Source: Zancudomyces culisetae HAW-14-8 (lineage: Eukaryota > Fungi > Kickxellomycota). Taken from it: a DNA stretch of 64,000 nucleotides. Shown in pieces: positions 56,416-64,000 of the stretch. The first letter of the stretch is position 1. Each line of letters begins with the position of its first letter. Made by a program: the position numbers and the translations under genes. The stretch lies in assembly GCA_052426225.1 (NCBI GenBank), contig JBNJNM010000015.1, forward strand, positions 1 through 64,000, read 5' to 3'. A model generated the notes under the pieces. The model was not told where the DNA came from. It saw nothing but the letters and a program-made list of their open reading frames with translations, and ran no database searches.

Positions 56416-59400
56416 TTTTGCTTTGTTTATATTAATAAAACGGTTTAAAGGGGTAGTTCTGAGTGTTTCTTGTCTAAAACCAGTCTTCAAATACTTTCAG
56501 CTTATATACTTTTATATTTAAAAAATGAAAGAAACGCACTGTGCTTTGTTGTTTTTTTTTTTTTTGAACTTTGTTATTATATTTCGGCTATTACGGGCAT
56601 TTTGATCTGATCCAGCCAACAGTCCTCGGTGGAATTCAAAAATTCGGGCAATTGGTAGCTATTAAAATTCTGATATCGCAGTGGTCCGTCACAGAACGTT
56701 TGTTTTTTAGATGCACATTTTTTTTATTTTGCATTAAGCATTATGTTATGGCAAAATCCTATTTAATTGCGATATTTATTTAAATCCAATTGGGTTCATA
56801 GGCCACTATTATTTATTAACAGGCCAGTTTTTACATATTATAAATCGAAAAATATTTTCAAGGCTGTTTCCAAGAGCATATCATACTATAAAAATTGGTA
56901 TTCATTGTATGAAATATGTTTCATATACGTGATGAATGTGATTAATACTTCGTAGGGTAGTAACAGTTTGGCATTTAATATATTTATAACCTACAGAATG
57001 TTGTGGAAAAGATTATTGTTACTGTAAAGGTGAGGATATTAATTCAGTAATAACAAGTTGTCAAGAATATATCATTTGGCAAACACCGATAATATTTTAC
57101 TCAATTTTTAACGAATAAAAATCACTGTAGCTTAAAATGTTTAAAAGAATTTTTTTTAATTTGAATACTGATTGTTTTATATAATATATTTATGCATCCA
57201 CTTATAGAGATAAAAGTGTTGATGTAATTATTGTCTTTTTCCTTTGGTAGCTATTGTTTTTTTTTTGGCAGATTCGATGTTTACAGTTTTAACGGTCATT
57301 TTGTAGATAATCTTCGATGAATTACTATTTTGATTTTCCAAATTTTTGTTACATAAGAAATTTCAAAAATATTTCGCGATAATAAAAAAAGCAAAATGCA
57401 TAAAAAATAGTCCAAGTGCAAAAATAATTTAAAAATCAGTTACATATGATGGCCCAGGGCCAAAACAATACCCATGAAATAGCACTTAAAATTATAGTTA
57501 AAACATGGCAAACAGTACTGAATCTGAATAACCAAACTATTTCGAATAGGGATATATACCGTTTATCCTGCATTCTGGTATAATTTCCGAAAAATATTGA
57601 TCTTCTATATTTTTGGAATCCTGTATTTTAGCTTTATGACTATTTCTAAATCTACTATCAATGATTGTTAAAAAGTTAGTATAACGTTACATTCAGGATG
57701 GTATCTTTTTATTGTAAACATTAAATATTACTAAAATGCATTAAATACTCAACCCCTTTCCATTTCCCCCGCTTTACTAGAAAAAATAATGGCCAATAAC
57801 TATACCTTAGCTGCACAGTCATCTTTTTTTAACCATTTGATAAAAAGCTAAATATTACAAACGTGAGACCCTGTTAAAATCTGAACATATCCTCAGCGAC
57901 TTGGTAATAGCGTAAAAGAACACACCATATCACTAGCACAATGTTAACAATGGCTACTAAAGAACCAGAGTTGATCATTAAAAAAAAATTAAAAAAATTA
58001 TTTGGGGGAGATTTGTTAGAGACAGCTTCTGTGGTTTTAAATGTTTTTGCGATTCAGTAAAAAAAATTGTGCTCCAAAAGTCGCCTTATTAGATATTTTT
58101 TCGGCTGTATTGAGTATATTTAATACTTATTTTTATTTATAATACATTAGGTTAAACTCAGTTTTAGGCTGTTTGCCACAGTTTGGTTAGTCATATTTTT
58201 GCTCCATCGGCTGATTATGTTGTGAATCCGACTGAAAATATTAGAAATAACAGTACGATATTGTACTGTGTCTACCAACAGACGTTTTTGCTTGCTACAA
58301 ATATCTAGTAGTATGATTAACTGTTGGGATAAAAATGATGGAGGCGTTTCAAACCTTTCCCACTCTTTATTTTAGGTTTGTTCGATTGTCGTGTTTTTGA
58401 AATTACAACAGAATACGATGGTACACACCATACCATATATAATAAATACAAAGGTACACATGTTGTATGTAATTTATAAAAATTGGTGGGGGTTATAGGA
58501 AATAAGTTGGGTATATTATAATATTTATAACATAATGCCTTTTCTTTCCGGGATAACTATTATATACACATTAGTTTGCAGCAATTATATACTTTTATTT
58601 TTATTTTTCATAGCTACCCTCTATTTATGAGCTTTACATCATAAACTTCACTTTTTCAAAAAGAAGAAAGAAAAGATTATCAGTAATAGCGATTACTACT
58701 CGTCTCGGTATATTTTGTGGTCTCATGTTTTAGATTGAGTTATCTGTTTAAAAACAGGTACCACATAATAACCATAAATAAATAGCTCCTAGACTATTCA
58801 AAATAAAACAACCTTAATCAAAAACCTGAAATTACCATTTTGCCTTTACAAATACAAAAATAATCTTGAATACTATCATACATGATCTAGATAAAGTTTA
58901 TCACCATATGGATAACAAAGAATAGATGTATACCAATATAGAAACACTGCTTGGTCTATCTGCGTATCAGGGGTAGTGGTGTTATAACAACAAGTCTGTT
59001 GGTGATACAACTATTTTTGTGGTAGGTTTTCTTTTAACACCATAACCATTTGTCCTTCTGTTTATACTAGAAATAATGGCTAGATTTCATACCTAACTGT
59101 TCTCTGATTCGTATTAAATGCTATTCCTGAAAAAGATGTATCCAACTTTTTCAAGTGGTTTTAACATTTTTTTATGAGCTGTTCAGCTTTAATGGTGGCT
59201 TGCTATTTTCTAACTAACCGATTTCATTTTTTAAAAACCATATTTTAAAGTTGAAAAAAATTTATATATTCAAAAGAAAAAGACAAATATCATAAATATA
59301 TTAAAAAATGGATAAATCAAATAAGTTAAAAGTGTAATGTGAAAACTCAAAATCGATAAATTCTAGTAACTACAGCATTGGCTGATATGGGTACGGTAAC

Positions 59401-59483
59401 ATATATGTTACTAATTGGTGAATATACTTTGAATTGGAGGAGACAGGTTTTGATGTTACACTGGTACTGGAGGTATAGGCAAA

Positions 59484-61913
59484 TTATGATTTGAATGTTA
59501 AATCAGGATTAGCATTTGAGACAGGATAAAATGTCACTAGTTCATAACTGGTAGTAACTGTGACAGTTGAAGTTACGGTAGCAGTTGGTAGATAGTGAGT
59601 AACTGGAACACATTTTTTTGTTGGGTTTACAGTAGTTGGAGCAACGGTTGGTGGTGCTGGTGGGTAGACGACAATTTTAATTGAATTGGTAGGATATACT
59701 GTTTTGGTTACTAATATTTGGCCAAAAGTATAGGTGTTTGTGGTTGCAACTGGAGTATAGGTAACAGTGGTTGGTATAGTGCAATAAGTACATCCTGGTG
59801 TGCTTGGGGTGATTGTAGCGGTGGTTGGTGCGGTAGGGTATACAGTCACAGTTGCAGTTGTTGGGCTAGGTGTGTAAGTAATGGTGCTTGGAACGGTGCA
59901 GTAAGTACATCCTGGTGTGCTTGGAGTAATAGTTACAGTTACTGGCTTAGTTTCATAACCTGGGGTTCCTGTAGTATTTGGAGTAACAGTGATGGTTGTT
60001 ACAACGGTGCAGGTGCGGCATCCTGGAACTGTAACAGTGGTGGTGATAGTAGTTGGAACAGTTGGGTATCCTGTTGAGGTGGTAGTGGTTGGGTTGCATG
60101 GAAAATAGGTGGTGATTGGGTTTTTAGTATAAGTAGGGAATGTATATGTGTTGGTTTTGGTTCTTGAGTTTGTTGAGTTTGTTGAATTGGTTTTAGTTCT
60201 TGTGTTGGTTGAATTGGTTTTGGTTCTTGAGTTGGTTGAGTTTGTTGAATTGGTTTTAGTTCTTGTGTTGGTTGAATTGGTTTTGGTTCTTGAGTTGGTT
60301 GAGTTTGTTGAATTGGTTTTGGTTCTTGAGTTGGTTGAGTTTGTTGAATTGGTTTTGGTTCTTGTGTTGGTTGTGTTTGTTGAATTGGTTTTAGTTCTTG
60401 TGTTGGTTGTGTTGGTTTTAGTTTTTGTGTTGGTTGAGTTGGTTGGAGTGGCTGAGCATGAAGTGTTTGTTCTATGATATTTGTGTATTTTTTTAAGCCA
60501 TTCAACAATAAATTTAATCAATTCACGAAAATGGACTACTGGATTACGAAGCCATTCGAGGATTTCAGGCGGAATTGTATCCAAACCCAATTGAACAAGA
60601 ATGGCCAAGAAATCAGTCAAAGGCATGTCAGCTGATAGAGAAACACAGAGTAAAGCACTGAGTTCGTCTAGAGTGGGTACCCCGGGGACTCCAAGACGAT
60701 TCAAGATATCCAAGAATTGACCCAATGTCATATTTGGATGTGCAGATGTAGTTGATGTTGAAGTGATAGTGGTATCAGTTTTAGTGTTTGTTTTTGTAAC
60801 TGTTGTTGTTTCAGCGTCAGTTGTGGTATCGGTTGTGGTATCGGTATTTGTATCTGTATCGGTTGTTGTATCGGTGTCAGTGGTTGTGTTAGTTGTGGTG
60901 TCAGTGGCTGTATCAGTTGTGGTGTCAGTTGTGGTATCGGTTGTGGTATCCGTATCTGTATCTGTTGTGGTATCGGTTGTAGTAACAGTGGCTGTATCAG
61001 TTGTGGTGTCAGTAGTTGTATCGGTTGTGGTATCGGTATCTGTATCGGTTGTTGTATCGGTTGTGGTGTCAGCGGTTGTGTCATTTGTGGTATCAGTGGT
61101 TGTGTCAGTTGTGGTATCGGTTGTGGTATCAGTGGTTGTGTCAGTGGTTGTATCAGTGGTTGTGTCAGTGGTTGTGTCAGTGGTTGTGTCAGTAGTAGTG
61201 TCAGTGGTTGTATCAGTGGTTGTGTCAGTGGTTGTGTCAGTCGTGGTATCGGTAGTAGTATCAGTAGTAGTGTCAGTGGTTGTGTCAGTTGTGGTTTCAG
61301 TGGTTGTTTCTGTCGAATTACACGTTTCTGGATCATTGCATACATACTGAATATTTGAAATAACAGCTCCACTATCCTGCGCACCAAACGCCAAGTACAA
61401 ATTTTGTGCGTCTACAAAATCGGTATTGTCAAACTCATCTGCAAATAATATAGCTATAAAATTGTCTTCATTACTATACCCCATTTTTATCCCACTACTA
61501 TCAACTCGTAATATTAAATCTATGAGAGCCGTTTTTGCCATAGCTGCGCGTACGTTTGGAAGATATGTACCTGCTCCTAGTGTCCATATGCGTGAGTTTA
61601 GGCCATATATACCCTCCACTACCAAGTTGCCATTAAACAGTGTTGCTGAAGTACTAATAGCAATATAAATATCAGACGTTCCGTCTACACTAAAAGTTAC
61701 AGAATAATCTTGAGCTGGACAGGCTATCTGAAGCGCATCATTCCAATCATATACTGGCACTACTTCATTATTTTGACCCTGTGGAATAATTATTGAGTCG
61801 ATGGTCGTTTGACATTTTGAGTCATTTGATTGTGCAAGTGTACCTATGGGTAAAAGTAGTATCAACTTTGATACAATTAGTAATAGTGATATTATGCTCC
61901 CCATTGTATACAT
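59484..61913 (-). CDS. Secreted mucin/adhesin-like Thr-rich protein, copy 2 (TTTD repeats, helical insert, NSTN/RTKT repeats, one Cys/Thr/Pro module)
   Basis: Head domain essentially identical to copy 1. Shorter TTTD array, a unique ~90-aa Leu-rich domain, N-S-T-rich repeats, and 51 extra C-terminal residues. Confidence 0.9.
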   Translation of the reverse strand: MYTMGSIISLLLIVSKLILLLPIGTLAQSNDSKCQTTIDSIIIPQGQNNEVVPVYDWNDALQIACPAQDYSVTFSVDGTSDIYIAISTSATLFNGNLVVEGIYGLNSRIWTLGAGTYLPNVRAAMAKTALIDLILRVDSSGIKMGYSNEDNFIAILFADEFDNTDFVDAQNLYLAFGAQDSGAVISNIQYVCNDPETCNSTETTTETTTDTTTDTTTDTTTDTTTDTTTDTTTDTTTDTTTDTTTDTTTDTTTDTTTDTTTDTTTDTTTDTTTDTTNDTTADTTTDTTTDTDTDTTTDTTTDTTTDTATVTTTDTTTDTDTDTTTDTTTDTTTDTATDTTTNTTTDTDTTTDTDTNTDTTTDTTTDAETTTVTKTNTKTDTTITSTSTTSAHPNMTLGQFLDILNRLGVPGVPTLDELSALLCVSLSADMPLTDFLAILVQLGLDTIPPEILEWLRNPVVHFRELIKFIVEWLKKIHKYHRTNTSCSATPTNSTNTKTKTNTTNTRTKTNSTNTTNTRTKTNSTNSTNSRTKTNSTNSTNSRTKTNSTNTRTKTNSTNSTNSRTKTNSTNTRTKTNSTNSTNSRTKTNTYTFPTYTKNPITTYFPCNPTTTTSTGYPTVPTTITTTVTVPGCRTCTVVTTITVTPNTTGTPGYETKPVTVTITPSTPGCTYCTVPSTITYTPSPTTATVTVYPTAPTTATITPSTPGCTYCTIPTTVTYTPVATTNTYTFGQILVTKTVYPTNSIKIVVYPPAPPTVAPTTVNPTKKCVPVTHYLPTATVTSTVTVTTSYELVTFYPVSNANPDLTFKS

Positions 61914-64000
61914 TTTTATTTTGTACAAGATATATATGTTTTTAGTATTAATAACCTTAATAAACTATAAACAAAATAGAAAACAGTATTTATCATATTT
62001 ATATATTTTTGAAAGCAAAAAAATAAAATACAATTGACGTTGACGATGAACGATGGTTACACACAAATTTGCTAACCTTGGTATATTACTCATACTTAGG
62101 ACTATTGCCTTCAGATATATTACCATCAATTAATTATGTTTTAATTTAAATTTAACTGAGGTTCACATACCGGATTTACCTTTTTATATTTTTGTTGGGT
62201 TAATAAATGCATGAAGTCATAAATCTGACCTTTAGTTCTTTAATTAAACACGTGTAGTTGAAGCCTTGGTCTTGTACATCCTTATTTTACTTAAAATCTT
62301 GATTTTCATTTTTATAATAAAGTGCGTTCAACTCACATTATCTTTAGCTTCAGTGTATCAAAAAGCTGCTCAGACACTGGGAAAGAAAAGGATAGGAAAG
62401 GGGATACCAAATAAAGCAAAGTATAACTCATTTGTTTTTACTTTGTGTTAAAACCCTCTTTATGTTTGATACTCGTACTAATATGTGCTCGATCAGTTTC
62501 TCGCACAAATAAAAAACAAAACTTGTATTTGAGCTCTGGCAATCTACCGTTTATCAAAAATTTCATTTGTTACGGAGCAAAAGCTTGATTTATGTGCTGT
62601 CTCCTTGGTTTACACTATCAAAAATATCTGGACTATGTACATCATTTGGTTCAATAGTTGAGCCATTAGCTTTTTATTTTAACGCAAATTTGTTGTACAA
62701 CTTTTAATTTGGGTTAACCACTTTAATTAGGATTATCATTTTCAGTATTTTTTTACTTATAATTAGTTAGTATAGCACGCACCATTCGCCATCACTAGGC
62801 TGCCAATTTAACATATTCGCTTGTTTCACTTTTTATCTTTTTGCATTAAAATGATCAATATTTCACATATAATGTTCTTTGACATTGGATTTTTTCTTCA
62901 CAATCCCGGTTACATTTCCGGATTTAAGGACAATTTTCTTCATTACTGATTGATACAAAAATGTTTGTGAATTTTTATAAGGTTTTTTATTCCTCAGCTA
63001 TTGAGGTATTCACAAATGATTGTCGTGTTCACTGATTTCGAGCTCATTTGAGTACCCAAATTGCAAACTAATTGGCCCCTACTATATTAATAAATCCATT
63101 TAAAGTCGTGTACCACAATCTTTGAGCAACGAATAAACAGCCTGCAAACAAAGCGCGCTGCTAAGCCTCACTAATAAATATATACAAACCACAATACTCA
63201 ACTCGCTAGTTTCCGTTTATTTAAATGCAGAAGGATTCAAACGGTAACAAGGGCAGCTGTTTGTATAATTTTTTTGTAGGAAGGGGGTGTGCTAGGTCTC
63301 CTCAGCTTAAGAGCATGCACCATTTAACCACTCACAAATAATTTGCTAGGTTACTGCTGACACCCCCGACCCTTTGAAGCTGTTTTTTTTCAGCTGCCAT
63401 TGAGTGCGTATTTTTTAAATACTAGTTTATATACACAAGTAGCGGATAAACTATAGTAGCACAAGTCCTTTTGATTAAAATTATTGATAAATTTAACTGG
63501 AAAATTGACATATATTATGTATTGTACAATACCAATCATTCAAATAATAAAATGTTTGTAATGTCAATATCTCATTAGTTGATGAGCAATCCTCTTTTTT
63601 ACTGGTTTTCCTTCAATTTAGTTCAGAATTCCTGAGTTATACTGGGAAAATACTATCTGTTAAGCACCAATAAGACATCGCTAAATAGGCCCAATAAAAA
63701 AAAATGTTTACTTTGCTGTAACCAGAGAATAAAGCTTGTTAAATAAAACCATATACCTCATCAACTGAATTCGACGCAGAAATGCCATGCTGTTCCACGT
63801 TGGTTGAGGCTTATTTTAACTACACTGAACTCAACTTGATAGTTCTGTATTGTGCGATTTTACTTTTATCGCACCCCAACCTATAACCGACTTGTAAGCA
63901 AGTTTCATTAGACTTTTTCCTCAAGGAGAAAAGGATGAGTGCGTTCCTCCCCTCATCATTGGTAAGGATATACACATATCTTTGTCTATCTTTATCATAA

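Larger units (their letters stand above)
53304..64000 (+). repeat. Segmental duplication, proximal (probable donor) copy; runs off the window
   Basis: Matches 17733-~29063. This copy retains the CAP59 5' end. Confidence 0.97.

Overview
Left end of a linear eukaryotic chromosome, very AT-rich and probably fungal. The intronless genes, CAP59-family and fungal-TF-type proteins and the TE repertoire suggest an early-diverging fungus such as a Harpellales insect-gut fungus; this is inference, not proof. Layout: (1) about 1.4 kb of (CCCTAA)n telomere, then a proximal (CCCTAT)n variant block. (2) 1.6-17.7 kb: nested retroelements. A decayed, apparently endonuclease-less Penelope-like element (PLE) points away from the telomere and is interrupted by a decayed Ty3/gypsy chromovirus (itself hit by a solo LTR), by a probable solo LTR, and by an intact young chromovirus. 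The young element has identical 302-bp LTRs, a TTATT TSD, an 11-nt Tf1-type self-priming site, a -1 frameshift signal, and an antisense tRNA-like Pol III cassette in its 3' UTR. (3) A >=11-kb segmental duplication (17733-~29063 vs 53304-64000) with a CAP59/CMT1-type mannosyltransferase truncated by a LINE fragment, a secreted bacterial-type NamZ/DUF1343 exo-beta-N-acetylmuramidase, and a mucin-like Thr-rich protein whose internal modules differ between the copies. (4) Between the copies: more retroelement relics, a fungal TF-like gene, and three small secreted proteins (Gly/Tyr-rich; His-tract Cys-rich with a frameshift; CRPI/poly-Pro/poly-His). Strongest novelty candidates: the tRNA-like cassette inside a self-priming retrotransposon, the telomere-joined EN-deficient PLE, and the duplicated NamZ + variable mucin cassette. 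All alignments were done by eye.
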